From positions 1-64,000 of the forward strand of contig JAUCBJ010006028.1 in assembly GCA_032718475.1 (NCBI GenBank): a DNA stretch of 64,000 nucleotides, given 5' to 3'. Positions 15,801-30,800 of this stretch are shown here, piece after piece. The DNA is from Nemertoderma westbladi (lineage: Eukaryota > Animalia > Xenacoelomorpha). Position 1 is the stretch's first letter, and every line of letters begins with the position of its first letter. Below the pieces are notes generated by a model. It did no database searches. It was not told the DNA's origin and saw only the letters and a program-made list of their open reading frames with translations. A program made the position numbers and the translations under genes.

Positions 15801-18800
15801 TGTTTATGGTCTGTATCCAGCTGATGTTTGTTGTTTATGGTCTGTATCCAGCTGATGTTTGTTGTTTATGGTCTGTATCCAGCTGATGTTTGTTGTTTAT
15901 GGTCTGTATCCAGCTGATGTTTGTTGTTTATGGTCTGTATCCAGCTGATGTTTGTTGTTTATGGTCTGTATCCAGCTGATGTTTGTTGTTTATGGTCTGT
16001 ATCCAGCTGATGTTTGTTGTTTATGGTCTGTATCCAGCTGATGTTTGTTGTTTATGGTCTGTATCCAGCTGATGTTTGTTGTTTATGGTCTGTATCCAGC
16101 TGATGTTTGTTGTTTATGGTCTGTATCCAGCTGATGTTTGTTGTTTATGGTCTGTATCCAGCTGATGTTTGTTGTTTATGGTCTGTATCCAGCTGATGTT
16201 TGTTGTTTATGGTCTGTATCCAGCTGATGTTTGTTGTTTATGGTCTGTATCCAGCTGATGTTTGTTGTTTATGGTCTGTATCCAGCTGATGTTTGTTGTT
16301 TATGGTCTGTATCCAGCTGATGTTTGTTGTTTATGGTCTGTATCCAGCTGATGTTTGTTGTTTATGGTCTGTATCCAGCTGATGTTTGTTGTTTATGGTC
16401 TGTATCCAGCTGATGTTTGTTGTTTATGGTCTGTATCCAGCTGATGTTTGTTGTTTATGGTCTGTATCCAGCTGATGTTTGTTGTTTATGGTCTGTATCC
16501 AGCTGATGTTTGTTGTTTATGACCTGTATCCAGCTGATGTTTGTTGTTTATGGTCTGTATCCAGCTGATGTTTGTTGTTTATGACCTGTATCCAGCTGAT
16601 GTTTGTTGTTTATGGTCTGTATCCAGCTGATGTTTGTTGTTTATGGTCTGTATCCAGCTGATGTTTGTTGTTTATGGTCTGTATCCAGCTGATGTTTGTT
16701 GTTTATGGTCTGTATCCAGCTGATGTTTGTTGTTTATGGTCTGTATCCAGCTGATGTTTGTTGTTTATGGTCTGTATCCAGCTGATGTTTGTTGTTTATG
16801 GTCTGTATCCAGCTGATGTTTGTTGTTTATGGTCTGTATCCAGCTGATGTTTGTTGTTTATGGTCTGTATCCAGCTGATGTTTGTTGTTTATGGTCTGTA
16901 TCCAGCTGATGTTTGTTGTTTATGGTCTGTATCCAGCTGATGTTTGTTGTTTATGATCTGTATCCAGCTGATGTTTGTTGTTTATGGTCTGTATCCAGCT
17001 GATGTTTGTTGTTTATGGTCTGTATCCAGCTGATGTTTGTTGTTTATGACCTGTATCCAGCTGATGTTTGTTGTTTATGGTCTGTATCCAGCTGATGTTT
17101 GTTGTTTATGGTCTGTATCCAGCTGATGTTTGTTGTTTATGGTCTGTATCCAGCTGATGTTTGTTGTTTATGGTCTGTATCCAGCTGATGTTTGTTGTTT
17201 ATGGTCTGTATCCAGCTGATGTTTGTTGTTTATGACCTGTATCCAGCTGATGTTTGTTGTTTATGGTCTGTATCCAGCTGATGTTTGTTGTTTATGGTCT
17301 GTATCCAGCTGATGTTTGTTGTTTATGGTCTGTATCCAGCTGATGTTTGTTGTTTATGGTCTGTATCCAGCTGATGTTTGTTGTTTATGACCTGTATCCA
17401 GCTGATGTTTGTTGTTTATGACCTGTATCCAGCTGATGTTTGTTGTTTATGGTCTGTATCCAGCTGATGTTTGTTGTTTATGGTCTGTATCCAGCTGATG
17501 TTTGTTGTTTATGGTCTGTATCCAGCTGATGTTTGTTGTTTATGGTCTGTATCCAGCTGATGTTTGTTGTTTATGACCTGTATCCAGCTGATGTTTGTTG
17601 TTTATGACCTGTATCCAGCTGATGTTTGTTGTTTATGGTCTGTATCCAGCTGATGTTTGTTGTTTATGGTCTGTATCCAGCTGATGTTTGTTGTTTATGA
17701 CCTGTATCCAGCTGATGTTTGTTGTTTATGGTCTGTATCCAGCTGATGTTTGTTGTTTATGGTCTGTATCCAGCTGATGTTTGTTGTTTATGGTCTGTAT
17801 CCAGCTGATGTTTGTTGTTTATGACCTGTATCCAGCTGATGTTTGTTGTTTATGACCTGTATCCAGCTGATGTTTGTTGTTTATGACCTGTATCCAGCTG
17901 ATGTTTGTTGTTTATGGTCTGTATCCAGCTGATGTTTGTTGTTTATGGTCTGTATCCAGCTGATGTTTGTTGTTTATGACCTGTATCCAGCTGATGTTTG
18001 TTGTTTATGGTCTGTATCCAGCTGATGTTTGTTGTTTATGACCTGTATCCAGCTGATGTTTGTTGTTTATGGTCTGTATCCAGCTGATGTTTGTTGTTTA
18101 TGACCTGTATCCAGCTGATGTTTGTTGTTTATGACCTGTATCCAGCTGATGTTTGTTGTTTATGGTCTGTATCCAGCTGATGTTTGTTGTTTATGGTCTG
18201 TATCCAGCTGATGTTTGTTGTTTATGACCTGTATCCAGCTGATGTTTGTTGTTTATGGTCTGTATCCAGCTGATGTTTGTTGTTTATGGTCTGTATCCAG
18301 CTGATGTTTGTTGTTTATGACCTGTATCCAGCTGATGTTTGTTGTTTATGGTCTGTATCCAGCTGATGTTTGTTGTTTATGACCTGTATCCAGCTGATGT
18401 TTGTTGTTTATGACCTGTATCCAGCTGATGTTTGTTGTTTATGGTCTGTATCCAGCTGATGTTTGTTGTTTATGGTCTGTATCCAGCTGATGTTTGTTGT
18501 TTATGGTCTGTATCCAGCTGATGTTTGTTGTTTATGACCTGTATCCAGCTGATGTTTGTTGTTTATGACCTGTATCCAGCTGATGTTTGTTGTTTATGGT
18601 CTGTATCCAGCTGATGTTTGTTGTTTATGACCTGTATCCAGCTGATGTTTGTTGTTTATGACCTGTATCCAGCTGATGTTTGTTGTTTATGACCTGTATC
18701 CAGCTGATGTTTGTTGTTTATGACCTGTATCCAGCTGATGTTTGTTGTTTATGGTCTGTATCCAGCTGATGTTTGTTGTTTATGACCTGTATCCAGCTGA

Positions 18801-21800
18801 TGTTTGTTGTTTATGACCTGTATCCAGCTGATGTTTGTTGTTTATGACCTGTATCCAGCTGATGTTTGTTGTTTATGACCTGTATCCAGCTGATGTTTGT
18901 TGTTTATGGTCTGTATCCAGCTGATGTTTGTTGTTTATGGTCTGTATCCAGCTGATGTTTGTTGTTTATGACCTGTATCCAGCTGATGTTTGTTGTTTAT
19001 GACCTGTATCCAGCTGATGTTTGTTGTTTATGACCTGTATCCAGCTGATGTTTGTTGTTTATGGTCTGTATCCAGCTGATGTTTGTTGTTTATGACCTGT
19101 ATCCAGCTGATGTTTGTTGTTTATGGTCTGTATCCAGCTGATGTTTGTTGTTTATGGTCTGTATCCAGCTGATGTTTGTTGTTTATGGTCTGTATCCAGC
19201 TGATGTTTGTTGTTTATGACCTGTATCCAGCTGATGTTTGTTGTTTATGACCTGTATCCAGCTGATGTTTGTTGTTTATGACCTGTATCCAGCTGATGTT
19301 TGTTGTTTATGGTCTGTATCCAGCTGATGTTTGTTGTTTATGACCTGTATCCAGCTGATGTTTGTTGTTTATGGTCTGTATCCAGCTGATGTTTGTTGTT
19401 TATGGTCTGTATCCAGCTGATGTTTGTTGTTTATGACCTGTATCCAGCTGATGTTTGTTGTTTATGGTCTGTATCCAGCTGATGTTTGTTGTTTATGACC
19501 TGTATCCAGCTGATGTTTGTTGTTTATGACCTGTATCCAGCTGATGTTTGTTGTTTATGACCTGTATCCAGCTGATGTTTGTTGTTTATGACCTGTATCC
19601 AGCTGATGTTTGTTGTTTATGACCTGTATCCAGCTGATGTTTGTTGTTTATGGTCTGTATCCAGCTGATGTTTGTTGTTTATGGTCTGTATCCAGCTGAT
19701 GTTTGTTGTTTATGACCTCTATCCAGCTGATGTTTGTTGTTTATGACCTGTATCCAGCTGATGTTTGTTGTTTATGGTCTGTATCCAGCTGATGTTTGTT
19801 GTTTATGACCTGTATCCAGCTGATGTTTGTTGTTTATGACCTCTATCCAGCTGATGTTTGTTGTTTATGGTCTGTATCCAGCTGATGTTTGTTGTTTATG
19901 ACCTGTATCCAGCTGATGTTTGTTGTTTATGGTCTGTATCCAGCTGATGTTTGTTGTTTATGACCTGTATCCAGCTGATGTTTGTTGTTTATGACCTCTA
20001 TCCAGCTGATGTTTGTTGTTTATGGTCTGTATCCAGCTGATGTTTGTTGTTTATGGTCTGTATCCAGCTGATGTTTGTTGTTTATGACCTCTATCCAGCT
20101 GATGTTTGTTGTTTATGACCTGTATCCAGCTGATGTTTGTTGTTTATGACCTGTATCCAGCTGATGTTTGTTGTTTATGACCTGTATCCAGCTGATGTTT
20201 GTTGTTTATGGTCTGTATCCAGCTGATGTTTGTTGTTTATGGTCTGTATCCAGCTGATGTTTGTTGTTTATGACCTCTATCCAGCTGATGTTTGTTGTTT
20301 ATGACCTGTATCCAGCTGATGTTTGTTGTTTATGACCTGTATCCAGCTGATGTTTGTTGTTTATGGTCTGTATCCAGCTGATGTTTGTTGTTTATGGTCT
20401 GTATCCAGCTGATGTTTGTTGTTTATGACCTGTATCCAGCTGATGTTTGTTGTTTATGGTCTGTATCCAGCTGATGTTTGTTGTTTATGACCTCTATCCA
20501 GCTGATGTTTGTTGTTTATGACCTGTATCCAGCTGATGTTTGTTGTTTATGACCTGTATCCAGCTGATGTTTGTTGTTTATGACCTGTATCCAGCTGATG
20601 TTTGTTGTTTATGACCTGTATCCAGCTGATGTTTGTTGTTTATGGTCTGTATCCAGCTGATGTTTGTTGTTTATGGTCTGTATCCAGCTGATGTTTGTTG
20701 TTTATGACCTGTATCCAGCTGATGTTTGTTGTTTATGACCTGTATCCAGCTGATGTTTGTTGTTTATGACCTCTATCCAGCTGATGTTTGTTGTTTATGA
20801 CCTGTATCCAGCTGATGTTTGTTGTTTATGGTCTGTATCCAGCTGATGTTTGTTGTTTATGACCTGTATCCAGCTGATGTTTGTTGTTTATGACCTGTAT
20901 CCAGCTGATGTTTGTTGTTTATGACCTGTATCCAGCTGATGTTTGTTGTTTATGACCTGTATCCAGCTGATGTTTGTTGTTTATGACCTGTATCCAGCTG
21001 ATGTTTGTTGTTTATGGTCTGTATCCAGCTGATGTTTGTTGTTTATGGTCTGTATCCAGCTGATGTTTGTTGTTTATGGTCCTGTATCCAGCTGATGTTT
21101 GTTGTTTATGGTCTGTATCCAGCTGATGTTTGTTGTTTATGGTCTGTATCCAGCTGATGTTTGTTGTTTATGGTCTGTATCCAGCTGATGTTTGTTGTTT
21201 ATGACCTGTATCCAGCTGATGTTTGTTGTTTATGGTCTGTATCCAGCTGATGTTTGTTGTTTATGACCTGTATCCAGCTGATGTTTGTTGTTTATGACCT
21301 GTATCCAGCTGATGTTTGTTGTTTATGGTCTGTATCCAGCTGATGTTTGTTGTTTATGACCTGTATCCAGCTGATGTTTGTTGTTTATGACCTGTATCCA
21401 GCTGATGTTTGTTGTTTATGACCTCTATCCAGCTGATGTTTGTTGTTTATGACCTGTATCCAGCTGATGTTTGTTGTTTATGGTCTGTATCCAGCTGATG
21501 TTTGTTGTTTATGACCTGTATCCAGCTGATGTTTGTTGTTTATGACCTCTATCCAGCTGATGTTTGTTGTTTATGGTCTGTATCCAGCTGATGTTTGTTG
21601 TTTATGACCTGTATCCAGCTGATGTTTGTTGTTTATGGTCTGTATCCAGCTGATGTTTGTTGTTTATGACCTGTATCCAGCTGATGTTTGTTGTTTATGA
21701 CCTGTATCCAGCTGATGTTTGTTGTTTATGGTCTGTATCCAGCTGATGTTTGTTGTTTATGACCTGTATCCAGCTGATGTTTGTTGTTTATGACCTGTAT

Positions 21801-24800
21801 CCAGCTGATGTTTGTTGTTTATGACCTCTATCCAGCTGATGTTTGTTGTTTATGACCTGTATCCAGCTGATGTTTGTTGTTTATGGTCTGTATCCAGCTG
21901 ATGTTTGTTGTTTATGACCTGTATCCAGCTGATGTTTGTTGTTTATGACCTGTATCCAGCTGATGTTTGTTGTTTATGGTCTGTATCCAGCTGATGTTTG
22001 TTGTTTATGACCTCTATCCAGCTGATGTTTGTTGTTTATGACCTGTATCCAGCTGATGTTTGTTGTTTATGGTCTGTATCCAGCTGATGTTTGTTGTTTA
22101 TGACCTGTATCCAGCTGATGTTTGTTGTTTATGACCTGTATCCAGCTGATGTTTGTTGTTTATGGTCTGTATCCAGCTGATGTTTGTTGTTTATGACCTG
22201 TATCCAGCTGATGTTTGTTGTTTATGACCTGTATCCAGCTGATGTTTGTTGTTTATGACCTCTATCCAGCTGATGTTTGTTGTTTATGACCTGTATCCAG
22301 CTGATGTTTGTTGTTTATGACCTGTATCCAGCTGATGTTTGTTGTTTATGACCTGTATCCAGCTGATGTTTGTTGTTTATGGTCTGTATCCAGCTGATGT
22401 TTGTTGTTTATGACCTGTATCCAGCTGATGTTTGTTGTTTATGACCTGTATCCAGCTGATGTTTGTTGTTTATGGTCTGTATCCAGCTGATGTTTGTTGT
22501 TTATGACCTGTATCCAGCTGATGTTTGTTGTTTATGACCTGTATCCAGCTGATGTTTGTTGTTTATGGTCTGTATCCAGCTGATGTTTGTTGTTTATGAC
22601 CTGTATCCAGCTGATGTTTGTTGTTTATGACCTGTATCCAGCTGATGTTTGTTGTTTATGACCTCTATCCAGCTGATGTTTGTTGTTTATGACCTGTATC
22701 CAGCTGATGTTTGTTGTTTATGACCTGTATCCAGCTGATGTTTGTTGTTTATGACCTGTATCCAGCTGATGTTTGTTGTTTATGACCTGTATCCAGCTGA
22801 TGTTTGTTGTTTATGGTCTGTATCCAGCTGATGTTTGTTGTTTATGGTCTGTATCCAGCTGATGTTTGTTGTTTATGGTCTGTATCCAGCTGATGTTTGT
22901 TGTTTATGACCTCTATCCAGCTGATGTTTGTTGTTTATGACCTGTATCCAGCTGATGTTTGTTGTTTATGGTCTGTATCCAGCTGATGTTTGTTGTTTAT
23001 GACCTGTATCCAGCTGATGTTTGTTGTTTATGACCTGTATCCAGCTGATGTTTGTTGTTTATGGTCTGTATCCAGCTGATGTTTGTTGTTTATGACCTGT
23101 ATCCAGCTGATGTTTGTTGTTTATGACCTGTATCCAGCTGATGTTTGTTGTTTATGACCTGTATCCAGCTGATGTTTGTTGTTTATGACCTGTATCCAGC
23201 TGATGTTTGTTGTTTATGACCTGTATCCAGCTGATGTTTGTTGTTTATGGTCTGTATCCAGCTGATGTTTGTTGTTTATGACCTCTATCCAGCTGATGTT
23301 TGTTGTTTATGGTCTGTATCCAGCTGATGTTTGTTGTTTATGACCTGTATCCAGCTGATGTTTGTTGTTTATGACCTGTATCCAGCTGATGTTTGTTGTT
23401 TATGACCTGTATCCAGCTGATGTTTGTTGTTTATGACCTGTATCCAGCTGATGTTTGTTGTTTATGACCTGTATCCAGCTGATGTTTGTTGTTTATGACC
23501 TGTATCCAGCTGATGTTTGTTGTTTATGACCTGTATCCAGCTGATGTTTGTTGTTTATGGTCTGTATCCAGCTGATGTTTGTTGTTTATGACCTGTATCC
23601 AGCTGATGTTTGTTGTTTATGACCTGTATCCAGCTGATGTTTGTTGTTTATGGTCTGTATCCAGCTGATGTTTGTTGTTTATGACCTGTATCCAGCTGAT
23701 GTTTGTTGTTTATGGTCTGTATCCAGCTGATGTTTGTTGTTTATGGTCTGTATCCAGCTGATGTTTGTTGTTTATGACCTGTATCCAGCTGATGTTTGTT
23801 GTTTATGACCTGTATCCAGCTGATGTTTGTTGTTTATGACCTGTATCCAGCTGATGTTTGTTGTTTATGGTCTGTATCCAGCTGATGTTTGTTGTTTATG
23901 ACCTGTATCCAGCTGATGTTTGTTGTTTATGACCTGTATCCAGCTGATGTTTGTTGTTTATGGTCTGTATCCAGCTGATGTTTGTTGTTTATGACCTGTA
24001 TCCAGCTGATGTTTGTTGTTTATGGTCTGTATCCAGCTGATGTTTGTTGTTTATGACCTGTATCCAGCTGATGTTTGTTGTTTATGGTCTGTATCCAGCT
24101 GATGTTTGTTGTTTATGACCTGTATCCAGCTGATGTTTGTTGTTTATGGTCTGTATCCAGCTGATGTTTGTTGTTTATGACCTGTATCCAGCTGATGTTT
24201 GTTGTTTATGGTCTGTATCCAGCTGATGTTTGTTGTTTATGACCTGTATCCAGCTGATGTTTGTTGTTTATGGTCTGTATCCAGCTGATGTTTGTTGTTT
24301 ATGACCTGTATCCAGCTGATGTTTGTTGTTTATGGTCTGTATCCAGCTGATGTTTGTTGTTTATGACCTGTATCCAGCTGATGTTTGTTGTTTATGGTCT
24401 GTATCCAGCTGATGTTTGTTGTTTATGACCTGTATCCAGCTGATGTTTGTTGTTTATGGTCTGTATCCAGCTGATGTTTGTTGTTTATGACCTGTATCCA
24501 GCTGATGTTTGTTGTTTATGACCTGTATCCAGCTGATGTTTGTTGTTTATGACCTGTATCCAGCTGATGTTTGTTGTTTATGACCTGTATCCAGCTGATG
24601 TTTGTTGTTTATGACCTGTATCCAGCTGATGTTTGTTGTTTATGGTCTGTATCCAGCTGATGTTTGTTGTTTATGACCTCTATCCAGCTGATGTTTGTTG
24701 TTTATGACCTGTATCCAGCTGATGTTTGTTGTTTATGGTCTGTATCCAGCTGATGTTTGTTGTTTATGGTCTGTATCCAGCTGATGTTTGTTGTTTATGA

Positions 24801-27800
24801 CCTGTATCCAGCTGATGTTTGTTGTTTATGGTCTGTATCCAGCTGATGTTTGTTGTTTATGGTCTGTATCCAGCTGATGTTTGTTGTTTATGACCTGTAT
24901 CCAGCTGATGTTTGTTGTTTATGGTCTGTATCCAGCTGATGTTTGTTGTTTATGACCTGTATCCAGCTGATGTTTGTTGTTTATGACCTGTATCCAGCTG
25001 ATGTTTGTTGTTTATGACCTGTATCCAGCTGATGTTTGTTGTTTATGACCTGTATCCAGCTGATGTTTGTTGTTTATGACCTGTATCCAGCTGATGTTTG
25101 TTGTTTATGACCTGTATCCAGCTGATGTTTGTTGTTTATGGTCTGTATCCAGCTGATGTTTGTTGTTTATGACCTGTATCCAGCTGATGTTTGTTGTTTA
25201 TGACCTGTATCCAGCTGATGTTTGTTGTTTATGGTCTGTATCCAGCTGATGTTTGTTGTTTATGGTCTGTATCCAGCTGATGTTTGTTGTTTATGACCTC
25301 TATCCAGCTGATGTTTGTTGTTTATGACCTGTATCCAGCTGATGTTTGTTGTTTATGGTCTGTATCCAGCTGATGTTTGTTGTTTATGACCTGTATCCAG
25401 CTGATGTTTGTTGTTTATGACCTGTATCCAGCTGATGTTTGTTGTTTATGACCTGTATCCAGCTGATGTTTGTTGTTTATGACCTGTATCCAGCTGATGT
25501 TTGTTGTTTATGACCTGTATCCAGCTGATGTTTGTTGTTTATGACCTGTATCCAGCTGATGTTTGTTGTTTATGACCTGTATCCAGCTGATGTTTGTTGT
25601 TTATGACCTGTATCCAGCTGATGTTTGTTGTTTATGACCTGTATCCAGCTGATGTTTGTTGTTTATGACCTGTATCCAGCTGATGTTTGTTGTTTATGAC
25701 CTGTATCCAGCTGATGTTTGTTGTTTATGACCTGTATCCAGCTGATGTTTGTTGTTTATGACCTGTATCCAGCTGATGTTTGTTGTTTATGACCTGTATC
25801 CAGCTGATGTTTGTTGTTTATGACCTGTATCCAGCTGATGTTTGTTGTTTATGACCTGTATCCAGCTGATGTTTGTTGTTTATGACCTGTATCCAGCTGA
25901 TGTTTGTTGTTTATGACCTGTATCCAGCTGATGTTTGTTGTTTATGACCTGTATCCAGCTGATGTTTGTTGTTTATGACCTGTATCCAGCTGATGTTTGT
26001 TGTTTATGACCTGTATCCAGCTGATGTTTGTTGTTTATGACCTGTATCCAGCTGATGTTTCTTGTTTATGACCTGTATCCAGCTGATGTTTGTTGTTTAT
26101 GACCTGTATCCAGCTGATGTTTGTTGTTTATGACCTGTATCCAGCTGATGTTTGTTGTTTATGACCTGTATCCAGCTGATGTTTGTTGTTTATGACCTGT
26201 ATCCAGCTGATGTTTGTTGTTTATGACCTGTATCCAGCTGATGTTTGTTGTTTATGACCTGTATCCAGCTGATGTTTGTTGTTTATGGTCTGTATCCAGC
26301 TGATGTTTGTTGTTTATGGTCTGTATCCAGCTGATGTTTGTTGTTTATGGTCTGTATACAGCTGATGTTTGTTGTTTATGACCTCTATCCAGCTGATGTT
26401 TGTTGTTTATGACCTGTATCCAGCTGATGTTTGTTGTTTATGACCTGTATCCAGCTGATGTTTGTTGTTTATGGTCTGTATCCAGCTGATGTTTGTTGTT
26501 TATGGTCTGTATCCAGCTGATGTTTGTTGTTTATGGTCTGTATCCAGCTGATGTTTGTTGTTTATGACCTCTATCCAGCTGATGTTTGTTGTTTATGGTC
26601 TGTATCCAGCTGATGTTTGTTGTTTATGACCTGTATCCAGCTGATGTTTGTTGTTTATGGTCTGTATCCAGCTGATGTTTGTTGTTTATGGTCTGTATAC
26701 AGCTGATGTTTGTTGTTTATGACCTCTATCCAGCTGATGTTTGTTGTTTATGGTCTGTATCCAGCTGATGTTTGTTGTTTATGGTCTGTATACAGCTGAT
26801 GTTTGTTGTTTATGACCTCTATCCAGCTGATGTTTGTTGTTTATGACCTCTATCCAGCTGATGTTTGTTGTTTATGGTCTGTATCCAGCTGATGTTTGTT
26901 GTTTATGGTCTGTATCCAGCTGATGTTTGTTGTTTATGGTCTGTATACAGCTGATGTTTGTTGTTTATGACCTCTATCCAGCTGATGTTTGTTGTTTATG
27001 ACCTGTATCCAGCTGATGTTTGTTGTTTATGACCTGTATCCAGCTGATGTTTGTTGTTTATGGTCTGTATACAGCTGATGTTTGTTGTTTATGACCTCTA
27101 TCCAGCTGATGTTTGTTGTTTATGACCTCTATCCAGCTGATGTTTCTTGTTTATGACCTGTATCCAGCTGATGTTTGTTGTTTATGGTCTGTATCCAGCT
27201 GATGTTTGTTGTTTATGGTCTGTATCCAGCTGATGTTTGTTGTTTATGGTCTGTATCCAGCTGATGTTTATTGTTTATGGTCTGTATCCAGCTGATGTTT
27301 GTTGTATATGGTCTGTATCCAGCTGATGTTTGTTGTTTATGGTCTGTATCCAGCTGATGTTTGTTGTTTATGGTCTGTATCCAGCTGATGTTTGTTGTTT
27401 ATGGTCTGTATCCAGCTGATGTTTGTTGTTTATGGTCTGTATACAGCTGATGTTTGTTGTTTATGACCTCTATCCAGCTGATGTTTCTTGTTTATGACCT
27501 GTATCCAGCTGATGTTTGTTGTATATGGTCTGTATCCAGCTGATGTTTGTTGTTTATGGTCTGTATCCAGCTGATGTTTATTGTTTATGGTCTGTATCCA
27601 GCTGATGTTTGTTGTTTATGGTCTGTATCCAGCTGATGTTTGTTGTTTATGGTCTGTATCCAGCTGATGTTTGTTGTTTATGACCTCTATCCAGCTGATG
27701 TTTGTTGTTTATGACCTGTATCCAGCTGATGTTTGTTGTTTATGGTCTGTATCCAGCTGATGTTTGTTGTTTATGGTCTGTATACAGCTGATGTTTGTTG

Positions 27801-30800
27801 TTTATGACCTCTATCCAGCTGATGTTTGTTGTTTATGGTCTGTATCCAGCTGATGTTTGTTGTTTATGACCTCTATCCAGCTGATGTTTGTTGTTTATGA
27901 CCTCTATCCAGCTGATGTTTCTTGTTTATGACCTCTATCCAGCTGATGTTTGTTGTTTATGGTCTGTATCCAGCTGATGTTTGTTGTTTATGACCTGTAT
28001 CCAGCTGATGTTTGTTGTTTATGGTCTGTATCCAGCTGATGTTTGTTGTTTATGGTCTGTATCCAGCTGATGTTTGTTGTTTATGACCTCTATCCAGCTG
28101 ATGTTTGTTGTTTATGACCTGTATCCAGCTGATGTTTGTTGTTTATGACCTCTATCCAGCTGATGTTTGTTGTTTATGACCTCTATCCAGCTGATGTTTG
28201 TTGTTTATGGTCTGTATCCAGCTGATGTTTGTTGTTTATGACCTGTATCCAGCTGATGTTTGTTGTTTATGGTCTGTATCCAGCTGATGTTTGTTGTTTA
28301 TGGTCTGTATCCAGCTGATGTTTGTTGTTTATGGTCTGTATCCAGCTGATGTTTGTTGTTTATGGTCTGTATCCAGCTGATGTTTGTTGTTTATGACCTG
28401 TATCCAGCTGATGTTTGTTGTTTATGACCTCTATCCAGCTGATGTTTGTTGTTTATGACCTGTATCCAGCTGATGTTTGTTGTTTATGGTCTGTATCCAG
28501 CTGATGTTTGTTGTTTATGACCTGTATCCAGCTGATGTTTGTTGTTTATGGTCTGTATCCAGCTGATGTTTGTTGTTTATGACCTGTATCCAGCTGATGT
28601 TTGTTGTTTATGACCTGTATCCAGCTGATGTTTGTTGTTTATGACCTCTATCCAGCTGATGTTTGTTGTTTATGACCTCTATCCAGCTGATGTTTGTTGT
28701 TTATGACCTGTATCCAGCTGATGTTTGTTGTTTATGGTCTGTATCCAGCTGATGTTTGTTGTTTATGACCTGTATCCAGCTGATGTTTGTTGTTTATGGT
28801 CTGTATCCAGCTGATGTTTGTTGTTTATGGTCTGTATCCAGCTGATGTTTGTTGTTTATGACCTGTATCCAGCTGATGTTTGTTGTTTATGACCTGTATC
28901 CAGCTGATGTTTGTTGTTTATGGTCTGTATCCAGCTGATGTTTGTTGTTTATGACCTGTATCCAGCTGATGTTTGTTGTTTATGACCTGTATCCAGCTGA
29001 TGTTTGTTGTTTATGACCTGTATCCAGCTGATGTTTGTTGTTTATGACCTGTATCCAGCTGATGTTTGTTGTTTATGACCTGTATCCAGCTGATGTTTGT
29101 TGTTTATGACCTGTATCCAGCTGATGTTTGTTGTTTATGACCTGTATCCAGCTGATGTTTGTTGTTTATGACCTCTATCCAGCTGATGTTTGTTGTTTAT
29201 GACCTGTATCCAGCTGATGTTTGTTGTTTATGGTCTGTATCCAGCTGATGTTTGTTGTTTATGACCTGTATCCAGCTGATGTTTGTTGTTTATGGTCTGT
29301 ATCCAGCTGATGTTTGTTGTTTATGGTCTGTATCCAGCTGATGTTTGTTGTTTATGGTCTGTATCCAGCTGATGTTTGTTGTTTATGACCTGTATCCAGC
29401 TGATGTTTGTTGTTTATGGTCTGTATCCAGCTGATGTTTGTTGTTTATGGTCTGTATCCAGCTGATGTTTGTTGTTTATGGTCTGTATCCAGCTGATGTT
29501 TGTTGTTTATGACCTGTATCCAGCTGATGTTTGTTGTTTATGACCTGTATCCAGCTGATGTTTGTTGTTTATGACCTGTATCCAGCTGATGTTTGTTGTT
29601 TATGGTCTGTATCCAGCTGATGTTTGTTGTTTATGACCTGTATCCAGCTGATGTTTGTTGTTTATGGTCTGTATCCAGCTGATGTTTGTTGTTTATGGTC
29701 TGTATCCAGCTGATGTTTGTTGTTTATGACCTGTATCCAGCTGATGTTTGTTGTTTATGGTCTGTATCCAGCTGATGTTTGTTGTTTATGACCTGTATCC
29801 AGCTGATGTTTGTTGTTTATGGTCTGTATCCAGCTGATGTTTGTTGTTTATGGTCTGTATCCAGCTGATGTTTGTTGTTTATGACCTGTATCCAGCTGAT
29901 GTTTGTTGTTTATGACCTGTATCCAGCTGATGTTTGTTGTTTATGGTCTGTATCCAGCTGATGTTTGTTGTTTATGACCTGTATCCAGCTGATGTTTGTT
30001 GTTTATGACCTGTATCCAGCTGATGTTTGTTGTTTATGACCTGTATCCAGCTGATGTTTGTTGTTTATGGTCTGTATCCAGCTGATGTTTGTTGTTTATG
30101 ACCTGTATCCAGCTGATGTTTGTTGTTTATGGTCTGTATCCAGCTGATGTTTGTTGTTTATGGTCTGTATCCAGCTGATGTTTGTTGTTTATGGTCTGTA
30201 TCCAGCTGATGTTTGTTGTTTATGACCTGTATCCAGCTGATGTTTGTTGTTTATGACCTGTATCCAGCTGATGTTTGTTGTTTATGGTCTGTATCCAGCT
30301 GATGTTTGTTGTTTATGACCTGTATCCAGCTGATGTTTGTTGTTTATGGTCTGTATCCAGCTGATGTTTGTTGTTTATGGTCTGTATCCAGCTGATGTTT
30401 GTTGTTTATGACCTGTATCCAGCTGATGTTTGTTGTTTATGGTCTGTATCCAGCTGATGTTTGTTGTTTATGGTCTGTATCCAGCTGATGTTTGTTGTTT
30501 ATGACCTGTATCCAGCTGATGTTTGTTGTTTATGACCTGTATCCAGCTGATGTTTGTTGTTTATGACCTGTATCCAGCTGATGTTTGTTGTTTATGACCT
30601 GTATCCAGCTGATGTTTGTTGTTTATGGTCTGTATCCAGCTGATGTTTGTTGTTTATGACCTGTATCCAGCTGATGTTTGTTGTTTATGACCTGTATCCA
30701 GCTGATGTTTGTTGTTTATGACCTGTATCCAGCTGATGTTTGTTGTTTATGACCTGTATCCAGCTGATGTTTGTTGTTTATGGTCTGTATCCAGCTGATG